NCBI GenBank assembly: GCA_965223545.1
Contig: OZ245006.1
Coordinates: 3,712,001-3,776,000, forward strand
Reading direction: 5' to 3'
DNA length: 64,000 nucleotides
DNA from: Planctomycetota bacterium
GTDB lineage: Bacteria > Planctomycetota > UBA1135 > UBA2386
The notes beneath the pieces are model-generated. The model was not told the DNA's origin and searched no databases. It saw nothing but the letters and a program-made list of their open reading frames with translations. Position numbers and translations under genes: made by a program. Below, one piece after another: positions 28,251-38,698 of the stretch. Each line of letters starts with the position of its first letter. Position 1 is the stretch's first letter.

Positions 28251-29050
28251 ACCGAGAATCGCACGGACCACTGCCCTGGCATTACGCCACCATCCGCGGC
28301 CACGACCGACCACTGCTGCAGCAGCTGCGGCAGTTCCCGCGCCGCACGGACCTGTTGCAGACCGGGCTTCGCACGGCTGCGGCCATCGCACAACGCGCAT
28401 GGCTCCGGTCGTACCACGGCCTGCGCGTCGTTGGCCGCGCGCATCTGCCAGCCGGACCGTGCGTCATCATCGCCAACCATCAGAGCCACCTCGACGCCCC
28501 TGCCGTTCTCGCCGCGCTTCCCCTGCGCAGAGTGCACCGGGCCTACCCAGCAGCAGCAGAGGACCACTTCTTTCGCAGCTTGCCACGTGCCTTTGGAGCA
28601 GTGATCACGACCAACGCGATGCCAATGCACCGCAATGGCGGCGGCCGCACGTCGCTGCGGTCATGCCGCGCGGCTCTGCGCCAGCCAGCGGCAGTCGTGA
28701 TCTTGTTCCCGGAGGGCACGCGCTCGGTCGACGGCGAGATCGGTGCGTTCCGTAGGGGGATCGGCTGGTTGTTGGCGGGCACCGACATTCCCATCGTCCC
28801 GTGCCACATCGCCGGCGCCGGCGCAGCCTGGCCCAAGGGCACGCGTTGGCCGCGCCCCCGCCGCGTGCGCTTGCGATTCGGGCCACCGCGCACGCTGGCG
28901 GACGTGGCACGCGAACCCGCCGCCATCGCCCGCGCGGTCGACGGCCTGCGGCGCGCGGTGATCGCGCTCGGGAACGGCCCCCAAGGCGCTCAAAAGACCA
29001 GGAGGCACACCGTCTGGGGAGGCACTGGAAACGACATCCCCAAAGTGTGA
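28247..29050 (+). CDS. Lysophospholipid acyltransferase (PlsC-like)
   Basis: ANHQSHLD and FPEGTRS motifs. ATGA-coupled. The 3' end overlaps the convergent gene by 61 bp. Confidence 0.9.
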   Translation: MNRESHGPLPWHYATIRGHDRPLLQQLRQFPRRTDLLQTGLRTAAAIAQRAWLRSYHGLRVVGRAHLPAGPCVIIANHQSHLDAPAVLAALPLRRVHRAYPAAAEDHFFRSLPRAFGAVITTNAMPMHRNGGGRTSLRSCRAALRQPAAVVILFPEGTRSVDGEIGAFRRGIGWLLAGTDIPIVPCHIAGAGAAWPKGTRWPRPRRVRLRFGPPRTLADVAREPAAIARAVDGLRRAVIALGNGPQGAQKTRRHTVWGGTGNDIPKV

Positions 29051-32000
29051 GCAGTGGCCACGGCGCCTCCGCCATCCGTGTGGAGATCGAAGCTGGTGTG
29101 GGTCGCGAGCGACTGGCCGCCCAGTGCGGTGGGGAGGATGACGTTCACCGTCGTGGTCAGATCGACGTTGGCCAGCAACAGCGCCACGGAGCCGGGCAGC
29201 TCGAAAGCAGCATGGTGCACCACCGGTTGGTCCACGAGAGCCAGTGTTTGAGCACCGGGCGGCCCCTCGACCAGCTTGACCTGCATCGAGCCGAGGCCCT
29301 GCAGCCCCGGAGCTTGGACCATCTTTCCGTGGTTGAGAAAGTCGCGACCCGGTCCCTGGTTCGTCCGCACGCACGCGGTGAGGAAGTTGAGCAGGGTCGG
29401 GTCCATCACGGACTGAGGCTGCATGTCGGCCCCGAGGATGCCGCACGTGTGAGTTGGGTTGTGCTGCTCGACCAACATCCAAAGGTTGATCCCCACGGTC
29501 ATGAACGACGCGGCGGTCAGGGTGCGTGCCATCTCCGTGAGGTGCCACCTGCGCACATCGTCCTTCGAGTAGCCAGCAGGCGACTGCGGCCAATTGGTGG
29601 AGTTCAAAAAGTGGTTTGTCGGCAGCAGCTGATCCCAGGTGGTGGTCGCCACGACTTCGTTGAAGATGTACGCGAAGATTGGGGCCGACTCGGCGTCACC
29701 GTACGCAGGAGCAGGTCGAACGCGGATGTTGTCCGGTCGAGTTCCTTGGACAGCCAAAATGTCGATCGCGATCTCGGTCGGGTCCTCGATGCAGACTTCA
29801 AACTGCATCGTCGCGCTCTGCGCCCGGCCCGCACCGAGAGTTGCTTCCATCAGGTTGCGCGCCGCATGAGCCTTCCATGATCCAGCACCGTAATCTTGGG
29901 GCGCAGCATCCGGGTCGAAGTTGTCTGGCACACTCGCCCCCAACCATTGATCAAACTGGTACAGTTGCACTCCGGCGGCAGCACCCTTGGCAGCCAGGCT
30001 CATGTGCGTTCCGACCGTGAACGGATGGCGTGGGTCCATCTCATAGTGGGAGAATTGCCACCCGCCGAGCCCGGCCGGAAACAGGCGAGGTGCCCCGTTG
30101 CGGTCCTCAACTACAATGCCATCCCATGGGGTTCCAGCGACCACATTGCTGACGTCATACGTGTAGTTCCAGAATGACACACTCCCGGGGAGCCCCGGGC
30201 TGAATCGGTCGCATGCTGGACGCTCACCAGTGCGCACAGAAGCCCATCGGTTTCCCGCTACCATCATCATGGGGAAGAAGCTCCTTCCATCGAGGTCTTG
30301 CCATTGCGAGAGGATCGCCACCTCCCCGTGCAGAGGTTGGTAGCGCTTGGTAGCCGGGTCGAAATCGGTCGACAGGACGGCCAAAGGCTCATAGAACGGT
30401 CCCATGTAGGTACCGTGCTGCTCGAAGGCGCGAAACAGAGGTTGAATGTTTCCACTGGCCATCCCGCTGGAGAAATGCGCGCGCCACCCTTCCAGAAGCG
30501 CTCCCCAGGTGCCCAGCGCAACTAGCTCGGCTCCGATGCCTAGCGGTCGCAGGTTGGCTTCGAATACACAAGGCCGCTCCTCGACCCAGGCAGACGTGGG
30601 TCGAGCAGACGCAGCAGCCCATAGCGATGTACCTCGAATCCATTCGCGGTAGCTCTCCGCCGCGCCACGCCACCCTCCAACGAATGGGGCAATGACTCGA
30701 GTGAAACTCTGTGTGTCTGGACCAATCGTGGCCCCATTGCTGGATGGCAGCCGGTGATCAATGCCGAGCATCACACCGAGCACCCCCGTTCTTCTCGAGT
30801 GCACGTCCACCCGGAGGCTCTTGTTTTGAAAGCTATCGTCGCGAGCCTGTAGGGCCACGCCGAACTGCTCCGGGTCCTGATCGGGATCCGTCCTGTACAA
30901 CGCCGTCATTTGGTAAGCGGCGGTGCCTGGATACTCCGCCGCCTGGAACGCGATCCCGGGGAACTGACTTCCCGCCGTCGCTGCATTCACGTCAGCGAAG
31001 TACTCGTCGTCGAGCGGATGGAGGACACCACCGGCAAACGGCGAGACGAGCATCATGTCGTCCGCAGTGCCATCGAGATCGTGGTCGGCTTTGAACAGGA
31101 GTTGCGGACACTCGAACCGCTCGAGCAAGAGGTTCGCCGGACGTTGAACATCGGGCTCGAGAAAGAGCTCGGGCTGCCCGGGTAGAGAATACAAATCGAC
31201 GCTGACGTCGAACAAACTCGACGGGTCACTCTGGATGTTCCATCCCGATGCGCCGGCCACAGTCGTAGGAGTCACTACGAGATTGAATGCGGGATCGGCT
31301 GAGTTTCTGTATTGCTCTTCCGCGCTCACGCTTGGACGATGGATCGTGCGGAAGAGGTGGTTGGATCCCTGGCCGGCAACAAGCCAATCAGCGCCGACGG
31401 CGACGATATCACCGTCGCCGTCGTCACCTATCCGACGCAGCTCACGGATCCGCTGGCTGTCCTCGTCATAGACGAGGCTCAGCATCGTGCTCATCACCTG
31501 CTTGGCGTTGCTCTCTTCGAACGTCCCGGCGGCCACCGACCCATACGCGGGTCCAGACCCGGAAAAATCGACCGAGTCGAGGATGTATGAGTCGCCGGAT
31601 CCGTTTCGGAGCACCAGCCAGAAGCGGACCAGCGTGTTGCCGTTATGGGGGAGCCTAGGCCGGTAGCTGAGCACGAACTCCTGCCAATGCGGAGACGCGA
31701 CGATCGCCGTGGTTTCAGACCCGCCGAGCGGGGGCCTGGGCCAACCCGTCAGCGCACCGTCGTATGCCTCGCAGAAGGCCTCCAGAGTTGCGCCGGTGGT
31801 CAAACTCTCGCACTTGATTCGAAACCGAACGGTCAGCGTGTCGGCCGGACCGTTGTTGAACCACCACTGCTTGCCAAACTCGGACCAGTTCGATCCCGCA
31901 GTGACGCTCGCCGCACCGCTGCCACAGTGGGCACTCGAGGTCTGCACCACCGACGTCGGGGTGTTGACCAACCCCCAGTGGTCCGGTGCGGGGCCCGCCC

Positions 32001-32094
32001 CCCAAGTCTCGAAGTCACCGTTGAGCAGGTTGCCTTGCGCGGTGGTGACCGTCGATAGAGTCGCGATCAAGAGAAGGTGCCGGGAACGAACCAT
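28990..32094 (-). CDS. Large secreted CBM-like + DUF6259-like (putative glycoside hydrolase) protein
   Basis: Start ATG 32094 after AAGGAG. Signal ...TTA|QGNLLNGDFE (CBM4/9-like). YPG.A.YQM.ALY, W..AA..YR.W and Y.FDQ motifs. Lower GC than the flanks. Confidence 0.7.
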   Translation of the reverse strand: MVRSRHLLLIATLSTVTTAQGNLLNGDFETWGAGPAPDHWGLVNTPTSVVQTSSAHCGSGAASVTAGSNWSEFGKQWWFNNGPADTLTVRFRIKCESLTTGATLEAFCEAYDGALTGWPRPPLGGSETTAIVASPHWQEFVLSYRPRLPHNGNTLVRFWLVLRNGSGDSYILDSVDFSGSGPAYGSVAAGTFEESNAKQVMSTMLSLVYDEDSQRIRELRRIGDDGDGDIVAVGADWLVAGQGSNHLFRTIHRPSVSAEEQYRNSADPAFNLVVTPTTVAGASGWNIQSDPSSLFDVSVDLYSLPGQPELFLEPDVQRPANLLLERFECPQLLFKADHDLDGTADDMMLVSPFAGGVLHPLDDEYFADVNAATAGSQFPGIAFQAAEYPGTAAYQMTALYRTDPDQDPEQFGVALQARDDSFQNKSLRVDVHSRRTGVLGVMLGIDHRLPSSNGATIGPDTQSFTRVIAPFVGGWRGAAESYREWIRGTSLWAAASARPTSAWVEERPCVFEANLRPLGIGAELVALGTWGALLEGWRAHFSSGMASGNIQPLFRAFEQHGTYMGPFYEPLAVLSTDFDPATKRYQPLHGEVAILSQWQDLDGRSFFPMMMVAGNRWASVRTGERPACDRFSPGLPGSVSFWNYTYDVSNVVAGTPWDGIVVEDRNGAPRLFPAGLGGWQFSHYEMDPRHPFTVGTHMSLAAKGAAAGVQLYQFDQWLGASVPDNFDPDAAPQDYGAGSWKAHAARNLMEATLGAGRAQSATMQFEVCIEDPTEIAIDILAVQGTRPDNIRVRPAPAYGDAESAPIFAYIFNEVVATTTWDQLLPTNHFLNSTNWPQSPAGYSKDDVRRWHLTEMARTLTAASFMTVGINLWMLVEQHNPTHTCGILGADMQPQSVMDPTLLNFLTACVRTNQGPGRDFLNHGKMVQAPGLQGLGSMQVKLVEGPPGAQTLALVDQPVVHHAAFELPGSVALLLANVDLTTTVNVILPTALGGQSLATHTSFDLHTDGGGAVATAHTLGMSFPVPPQTVCLLVF

Positions 32095-32367
32095 GCTCCT
32101 TCTTCCGTTGGAGGAAGAACGGACCGGAACCAGTTCCTGGGGAATGTTCGGTCTCCCGGTCCCCACGGGTTCTGTCACCGACAACCCAGAATTCGGCACG
32201 GCGAAACCTCACTCACCCGCGGTATCTGCCGGGCCCTGGAGCTGTCGACAGACCAATCGGCGGCGCGGGGACGGGATCCAAGGCCAACCGCACTCCCGGA
32301 ACACACCTCGTCTCGACCTCGGCACAGACTAGGCTTGGGGCCAGGGCCCCGAGTCCCGAGAAGCGCC

Positions 32368-34545
32368 ATGAAGTCGAAGCTCACGCTCGTCACACTCGCC
32401 ACTCTGTCGGGAACGCCGACGGTCAAAGCACAGGTCGATTGGCACCACGACGGTCTCGGCACGCGCCGCGAGCACGCGATCGCGGCCGCCCCGACGACGT
32501 CGCCGGCGACCGTGGTCCTGTTCGGCGGTCGGGACGACGGCGGCGAGCTGTTCGGCGACACGTGGACTTGGCGCGCGAGCGCCTGGCAAGAGGAGCATCC
32601 GGCCCGCTCCCCCGCGCCGCGCGCCGGCCACTCCATGGTCTTCGACCCGCGGCGCAACGTCACCGTGCTGCACGGCGGGCACGGCCGCAACGACACCTGG
32701 GAGTGGGACGGCAGCCAGTGGCGACAGGCGGTCACCGCCAACACACCGCCGGCGCTGACCGGCCCGGCGATGGCGTACGATCCCGTCGGGCGCGCCGTTC
32801 TTCTCTTCGGCGCCGCGCTGGGCGCTCCCTCGGTCGCCGAGCTCTGGCGCTACGACAGCAACGACTGGACCCGCCTGACCCTGCCGGGACCATCGCCGCG
32901 CGTCGGCGCGCGGATGGCGACTGACAGCCAGCGCCAGCGCGTGGTCTTGTTCGGCGGCACCGACCTCGGCTCGGGTGCGATCCTGGCGGAGACCTGGGAG
33001 TGGAACGGTTCGAGCTGGCAGCGGCATTCTCCGGCCAATGCGCCGGCCCCGCGGACCGGTCACGTGCTGGCCGACGCGAACGGCTCCGTGATCCTGATCG
33101 GCGGCGGCGGCAGCCCCCTGGAAACCCGGGAGACGTGGTGGTGGGACGGCAGCACCTGGACCCGAGGCGCCGACGGCCCGGGACTCGTCGACACCGCTGC
33201 CGTCGGCGAAGGCCCCAACGGGGTGCTGGTCCACGGCGGCGCGTCGATGGCGTTCACTCCGGCCGGCACCAGCCTCGGCGACACCTGGCACACATCGCCG
33301 GCCGGCTGGTTGCAGGTCCATGCATTCGCCACCCCGGACGGCCTCGGCCGCCACGCGATGGCCTACGACCCCCACCGTGACGTCCTGCTGGTCTGCGGCG
33401 GCCAAGACCAGAGCTCGATCCCCTACTTTCCGACTTGGGAGTGGGATGGCGCGGCTTGGGCCCGCGTCGGTGGCTCACCGCCGCCGTTCCGCATCGATGC
33501 CGCGATGGCCTACGACGCCGCGCGGCGGCGCATGGTCTTGTTCGGCGGCCGGGGCTTCTCGGCCCCGATGGGGGACACCTGGCTCTGGGACGGCATCGCG
33601 TGGATTGCGGTCGCGAGCAGCCCACCGCCGGCGCGCGAGGGAGCCGCCATGGTGTGGGATGCCGCGCGCAAACAGATCGTGATGTTCGGCGGAGTCGGCC
33701 TTGCCGATACGTGGCTGTGGGACGGCACCAGCTGGAACGCAGCGACCCCACCAGTGAGCCCTCCGTCGGGCGCGCACCCGATGCTGTTCGACACCTGGGC
33801 CGGCGTCGGCGTGCTGTTCACCAAGACCGACTGGTGGATCTGGAACGGGGGTTCTTGGAGCCGTGTGCCCGGCCGCGGCCTGCCACCGATCTCCGCCTCG
33901 ACCACTCCGTCCGAGCTGCACGCGGTGCACGACATCGAGCGAGACCGCTACCTGATCTGGGACGAGAGCGACCTGTGGGAGTTCGACGGCAGTTCCTGGG
34001 TCCAGCGCGTGGTTTCCGCCAGCCCACGGGCCACGAGCCAAGCGCGCATCGCCTATGACAGTAAGCGCGCGCGCACGATCAAGTTCGGCGGCAGGGGCAA
34101 CAACGCGTTCAGCAATTCGCTCTGGTCCTACGGACCGGTCGCCCGCGCGGCCCACGTCAAGATCGGCACCGGCTGCGCCGGCAGCGGAGGCACTCCAAAC
34201 CTGACTCCGTCGGGCCTGCCGTGGCTGGGCGACCGGCCGCGGTTGCTGCTGTCCAACATGCCGGCGGGCCCCAACCTGATCGGCTTCGGCATGTCGGCCA
34301 GCCAGTGGGCCGGCCAACCGCTGCCGCGCTCACTCGCGTCGATCGGGCGACCCGCCTGCCAGGTCTGGAGCTCGTGGGATGTGGTGTTTCCGATCGTCGC
34401 GCCAGGCGGCGCGACGGCCATTCCCGTGCCGATCCCCAACCGACCGAGCTTGCTCGGTCAGACCTTCTTCAGCCAAGCAGCCGGCGTCGACAGCGCCGGC
34501 GTCGTGGTCAGCGCCAGCGTGGGCAGCACCGTCGGCGGCAAGTGA
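32368..34545 (+). CDS. Secreted Kelch/galactose-oxidase-like beta-propeller repeat protein with the shared C-terminal domain
   Basis: About 12 repeats of MAYD...VLFGG...DTWEWDG..W. C-terminal GTGCAGSGG...PIPNRPSLLGQTFFSQA. Confidence 0.9.
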   Translation: MKSKLTLVTLATLSGTPTVKAQVDWHHDGLGTRREHAIAAAPTTSPATVVLFGGRDDGGELFGDTWTWRASAWQEEHPARSPAPRAGHSMVFDPRRNVTVLHGGHGRNDTWEWDGSQWRQAVTANTPPALTGPAMAYDPVGRAVLLFGAALGAPSVAELWRYDSNDWTRLTLPGPSPRVGARMATDSQRQRVVLFGGTDLGSGAILAETWEWNGSSWQRHSPANAPAPRTGHVLADANGSVILIGGGGSPLETRETWWWDGSTWTRGADGPGLVDTAAVGEGPNGVLVHGGASMAFTPAGTSLGDTWHTSPAGWLQVHAFATPDGLGRHAMAYDPHRDVLLVCGGQDQSSIPYFPTWEWDGAAWARVGGSPPPFRIDAAMAYDAARRRMVLFGGRGFSAPMGDTWLWDGIAWIAVASSPPPAREGAAMVWDAARKQIVMFGGVGLADTWLWDGTSWNAATPPVSPPSGAHPMLFDTWAGVGVLFTKTDWWIWNGGSWSRVPGRGLPPISASTTPSELHAVHDIERDRYLIWDESDLWEFDGSSWVQRVVSASPRATSQARIAYDSKRARTIKFGGRGNNAFSNSLWSYGPVARAAHVKIGTGCAGSGGTPNLTPSGLPWLGDRPRLLLSNMPAGPNLIGFGMSASQWAGQPLPRSLASIGRPACQVWSSWDVVFPIVAPGGATAIPVPIPNRPSLLGQTFFSQAAGVDSAGVVVSASVGSTVGGK

Positions 34546-34573
34546 AGGTCCGCGCGGCGGGGCCGACGCCGCA

Positions 34574-36598
34574 CTACTCGTGCACGAACGGCGCGCGCGA
34601 ACGCGGTCCGTTGCGCAGGAAGTTGTCGACGCCGATGCGCATGTCCTTGGTGGCACACACTTCGCCAAAGCACTGCGCCTCGAACGCGATGCCGTCGCGC
34701 AGCGACTGGCGCGCACCCTCGGTGATCGCCTTGCACAGGATCGCATCCACCGCGCGACTGAGGTGACCGATGTCGACCGCGGGCAGCTCGGCCGGCACGT
34801 CGACGAGCGGCTCGCGCTGGATCGGTGCACACTCCACGGCCCCATCGGCGATGCCGCGCGCGAGCTCGATCGCCGCCGGCACCAGCTCGCCCTCGACCTC
34901 GGCGCGCACCAGACCGAGCTCGGCGGCGCGCGCCGACGAGATCGGCTTGCCGGTCCGCAGCAGCTCGGCAGCGGCCTGCATCCCGATCAGCCGCGGCAGC
35001 CGCTGCGTTCCACCGGCGCCCGGGATGATGCCCAGATTGGGCTCGGGCTGGGCGGCAAACACGGCGATCCCCGCCTTCGCCAGCCGCGCGGTGCAGGCCA
35101 TCGCGAGCTCGTTGCCGCCACCGAACGCGAGGCCGTTCATCGCGCACACCACCGGCTTGGCGGTGTCCTCGATGAAATCGAGCACGCGCTGTGAGCCGCG
35201 CGACGTCGCCTCGCCGTGCGCGGCGTTCTCGATGCCCGCGAGAAAGCGCACGTCGGCGCCCGACACGAACGCCTTCTTGCCGAAGCCGGTCAGCACGACG
35301 GCGCGGATCGCCGCGTCGGCCTCGGTCTCGCGGAAGCGTTGCTCGAGCTCGTCGAACACCGCCTCGCTCAGGGCATTGAGCACCTTGGGCCGGCGGATCG
35401 TGAGCACCGCGACGTCACCGTGATCCTCACGCATCACCACCGGCACGGCGAAGGGGCGGTTGTCCGTGCCGTGCTCGGCGAGGCAGCGCGGCACCGGAAA
35501 GCCCGGATGGTCCGCGGCGTATGCCCGGACCAAGCGCAGGGCCTCGGCCGTGCCCAGTTCGTTCATGAAGCGAAACGCCGGCTTCAGGTCGAGCGCCAAC
35601 TCCGTCGCCATGTCCAGGTCGGCGACGCTGGCGAGCCCCGCGTCGACGATCTCGCCACACAGACCGAAGTAGGCCCCGCGCAGCGCCGCGGTGACCGCTG
35701 CCCGCGTCTCGGCCGACACCTCGACGGTTTCGCCGCGGCGCGGCACGTCCCACGGCTCGCCGGTCTCGACGCGCTCCTTCAGCGACGCCGGGGTGCGGAA
35801 CCACGAGTGGATCTTGGTGGTGTAGTGGTCGAGCCCGACCGCGGTGATCGGGTTGCCGCCGGTGAGGTTCATCGCGGTGAACGAGCCGACCGTCAGCCCG
35901 AGCGCCTCGGTCGCCACCTGGTCGATCTGCGCCGTGGTCGCCACGCCGCTCTCGGCCAACAATGCCGAGGCGAGGAACAGGCCTTCGAACACGGGATCCA
36001 ACGCGTAGCCGTAGCGGGACCGCACCTGGATCGGCACCTTGCCGATCGCCTCGTAGAACGACATCAGCCACCGCGCCACGTCCGGATCGGTGGCCTCGCT
36101 GGGCACGACCTCGACCATCAGATTGCGCTCGGCCGGGAAGAAGTAATGGATCACACAGGTGCGGCCAGCGTGCTTTGCCTCGGCGAAGATGACTTCGGGC
36201 TCGAGGTGCGACGAGTTGCTGGCCAGGATCGCATCGGCAGAGACCAGCTGCTCGACCTGCGCGAAGATCCGCCCCTTGAGCGCGCGATCCTCGGTCGCTG
36301 CCTCGACGACCAAGTCGGCGCCGCGGATCGCGTCGTAGTCGGTGGTGAACTCGACGTGCGACAGCATCGCCGCCTGCTGGTCGGTCGAGAACGCGCCGGT
36401 CTCGACGCCCTTCGCCACCTTCTTCTCGAGCTTGGCCCGCCCGCGCGCCAGCGCCTCGTCAGCGACGTCGACGACGACGGTGGACACGCCGAACGGCGAC
36501 AGCACCTTGGTGAAGTACAGCGCGATATCGGGACCGATCTGTCCCGAGCCGATGACCGCGACCTTGGTCAGCGTGCGCCCGGCGTGAGTGAACGTCAT
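34574..36598 (-). CDS. 3-hydroxyacyl-CoA dehydrogenase / enoyl-CoA hydratase fusion (HADH N-terminal)
   Basis: VAVIGSGQIG, VVEAATE and ASNSS, followed by RPKVLNAL, AFVSGAD, AFGGGNELAMAC and PE.NLGIIPGAGGTQRLPR. Confidence 0.92.
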   Translation of the reverse strand: MTFTHAGRTLTKVAVIGSGQIGPDIALYFTKVLSPFGVSTVVVDVADEALARGRAKLEKKVAKGVETGAFSTDQQAAMLSHVEFTTDYDAIRGADLVVEAATEDRALKGRIFAQVEQLVSADAILASNSSHLEPEVIFAEAKHAGRTCVIHYFFPAERNLMVEVVPSEATDPDVARWLMSFYEAIGKVPIQVRSRYGYALDPVFEGLFLASALLAESGVATTAQIDQVATEALGLTVGSFTAMNLTGGNPITAVGLDHYTTKIHSWFRTPASLKERVETGEPWDVPRRGETVEVSAETRAAVTAALRGAYFGLCGEIVDAGLASVADLDMATELALDLKPAFRFMNELGTAEALRLVRAYAADHPGFPVPRCLAEHGTDNRPFAVPVVMREDHGDVAVLTIRRPKVLNALSEAVFDELEQRFRETEADAAIRAVVLTGFGKKAFVSGADVRFLAGIENAAHGEATSRGSQRVLDFIEDTAKPVVCAMNGLAFGGGNELAMACTARLAKAGIAVFAAQPEPNLGIIPGAGGTQRLPRLIGMQAAAELLRTGKPISSARAAELGLVRAEVEGELVPAAIELARGIADGAVECAPIQREPLVDVPAELPAVDIGHLSRAVDAILCKAITEGARQSLRDGIAFEAQCFGEVCATKDMRIGVDNFLRNGPRSRAPFVHE

Positions 36599-36744
36599 TT
36601 GCAGTCCGAGGGGTTCGAAAGTGGGTCGAGAGTGGGAAATTCGCGGCGGAGTATAGGGACGGTCTTGCGGCGACCGGAGGTTTTCTGCCCGGGTCACCAG
36701 TTCTGCGGGAGACTCGCCGGTGGCCGACGAATAGAGGAACAAAG

Positions 36745-37614
36745 ATGCTCGCCCACAGCCTCGCTCTCATGCTCTGTGCCGCATTCACCGGGGCCGCGCC
36801 GGTCTCGGCACAAACCGATGCCAGCGCCCGGCATGAGCCCGCCCGACCGGCGGGTGATCTCATCGGGCTGCGGCGATGGCGCGACCGGGCGGCGCGCGAC
36901 GGCCTCGTCCGGCGGCTACGGGCGCTGCCAGTCCGCGCGGACTTCGACGCGATGGGGCCGATCGAGCTGGCGCGCTTCCTGGGCGCGGCGACGGGCGACA
37001 CGACGTTCGTCGTGAAGGACAAAGCAGAGATCGAGCCGCTGACCCTCGAGGCGGGCAAGATCCCGATGACGGCCCTGATCGACCAGGTCCAGCGCGCCCT
37101 CGAGGTGCGCTTCGTCTACCACAGCCCCGGCGTCGTCGTGCTCTCGCCGCGCGCGAACGCGAGAGAAGCACGGCGCACGGTGATGTACGACGTCCGCGCC
37201 GCGACCACGGTGCTTCCCGACCGCCCGGGGCCGGAGCTGCGGCTGACCCGCCCGGGCGACGAAGACGAGGTCTGGCAAGACGAAGACGCGGAGGGCACCT
37301 CCATCAGCGGGTTCGACACCGACAAGCTGATCGATCTCGTGACGACGTACGTCCTGCCCGACACTTGGGACGTCGACGGCAACTCGATTCAGGCCGTGCG
37401 CGGCGTGCTCTGGGTCCGGCAGACCGAACAGGGACACGCGCAGGTGCGCCGGCTGCTGGAGACCCTGGGCGTGATCCCGCGCCCGATCCGGGTCAACGCG
37501 TCTCGTCTTCCCAGTCCTGCGCTTCGCGCAGCCGGGCGCCGGGCGACCCCATCGACCAAAACTCCTCGCTCCGCCGAGGCTTCCCCAAGACGCGCGCCAG
37601 AGCGCGGAAGCTGA
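36745..37614 (+). CDS. Secreted protein with secretin/STN N-domain-like segments
   Basis: Signal ...VSA|Q. YDVR...LIDLV....PDTW.....I....G.L.VRQT...H.QV..LL..L pattern. The 3' tail overlaps the convergent gene. Confidence 0.65.
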   Translation: MLAHSLALMLCAAFTGAAPVSAQTDASARHEPARPAGDLIGLRRWRDRAARDGLVRRLRALPVRADFDAMGPIELARFLGAATGDTTFVVKDKAEIEPLTLEAGKIPMTALIDQVQRALEVRFVYHSPGVVVLSPRANAREARRTVMYDVRAATTVLPDRPGPELRLTRPGDEDEVWQDEDAEGTSISGFDTDKLIDLVTTYVLPDTWDVDGNSIQAVRGVLWVRQTEQGHAQVRRLLETLGVIPRPIRVNASRLPSPALRAAGRRATPSTKTPRSAEASPRRAPERGS

Positions 37615-38698
37615 ACACGCGCACCTGTGGATCCAGATCTCCCAACAGCTCGAACAACGCTCCCCGACTGCGCCACGTCGCGGTGTCGGCCAAGACGCGC
37701 GCCGCGCGGCGCCGCGGCACGCGCTGCTCTTCTGCATCCATCTCCGCCAAGAACTCGACCAGCACGTTCTCCGCACACGCACTCGCGCGGCGCAGGGCCT
37801 CTTCCGCCATCTCGGCCGCGTCCGGCATCGTCAGCATCTCGACGAGCGGCGCGGTGATCTTGCGCACCGCGTAGGGATCGCGCATCCCGCACAGCAAACC
37901 GAGCTGCCACTCCATCACCGAGAACGTCCAGTAGATCCGCTCGCGATCGCGCAGGATGCCGGACTCGATCGCACACGTGGTCATCGGCGGCAGCCGCCGG
38001 CGCGTGCGGTCCATGCTGATCAACATCGCGGTGCCGTCGATGGTCGTCGCCCGGAACCGCTCGCCTTCGGCCCACAGATCCAGGGTGAATCCCTCTTCGC
38101 CTTCGAGCACTCCTTGAGAATGCACGACGCGACGCGCGAGCGGCTCGGGTGCCGCCCACCACGCGCGGCCGCGATCCAACGAAAGCTCCGCCGGCGACAC
38201 GATCGTCAAACGGGTCCGCTCGCTGATTCGCATGACGCTACCGTCACGGAGCTCGAGCTCGACGAACGCGGCGGCGGCCGTCTCGATCGAAGCGCCGCCG
38301 GCAAACACGCTCCCCGCCTCGAGGCCGCGCCTGCCGGCCTCGGCCGACTCGGCGATCACGTCGCCGACCAGCATCCGCACGCGCCCCAACGGCGGTGCCT
38401 CCGGCGGTGGCGCATCGGGCGGTGGCGCATCGGGCGGGCCATCGGGCGGGCCATCGGGAACGGGGTCCGTCCGGACCGTCTGCACGCCGGGCTCGACCGC
38501 GCCACTTCCCAACCCCGACATCCAGGCCACCGCCAAGCCGATCAACACACCGGCAGCCGCGGCGGCCGGCACCGGCCACCGGCGCACCGGACGGTACGGT
38601 TCCGCCGGCAGCTGCGGCGCCAGCTGGCGCCACACTTCCCGACTGTCCCCGGCCAATGGCCGCAACGCTGCGCGGAGGTCGTCGTCGAAAGAGTTCAC
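37493..38698 (-). CDS. FecR-domain anti-sigma factor with a C-terminal HEAT-like region
   Basis: GTG 38698 overlaps the sigma stop. TM helix, Pro-rich linker and LELRDGS.MRI...T.L...L.LDRGRAW FecR pattern. Confidence 0.8.
   Translation of the reverse strand: MNSFDDDLRAALRPLAGDSREVWRQLAPQLPAEPYRPVRRWPVPAAAAAGVLIGLAVAWMSGLGSGAVEPGVQTVRTDPVPDGPPDGPPDAPPPDAPPPEAPPLGRVRMLVGDVIAESAEAGRRGLEAGSVFAGGASIETAAAAFVELELRDGSVMRISERTRLTIVSPAELSLDRGRAWWAAPEPLARRVVHSQGVLEGEEGFTLDLWAEGERFRATTIDGTAMLISMDRTRRRLPPMTTCAIESGILRDRERIYWTFSVMEWQLGLLCGMRDPYAVRKITAPLVEMLTMPDAAEMAEEALRRASACAENVLVEFLAEMDAEEQRVPRRRAARVLADTATWRSRGALFELLGDLDPQVRVFSFRALARVLGKPRRSEEFWSMGSPGARLREAQDWEDETR

Noticed and set aside
32450..34130. 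Periodic TGGGACGGC-like repeats
   Set aside because: Explained by Kelch-like protein repeats (WDG motifs).
38390..38460. 12-15-bp tandem repeats
   Set aside because: They encode the Pro-rich linker of the anti-sigma factor; not an array.
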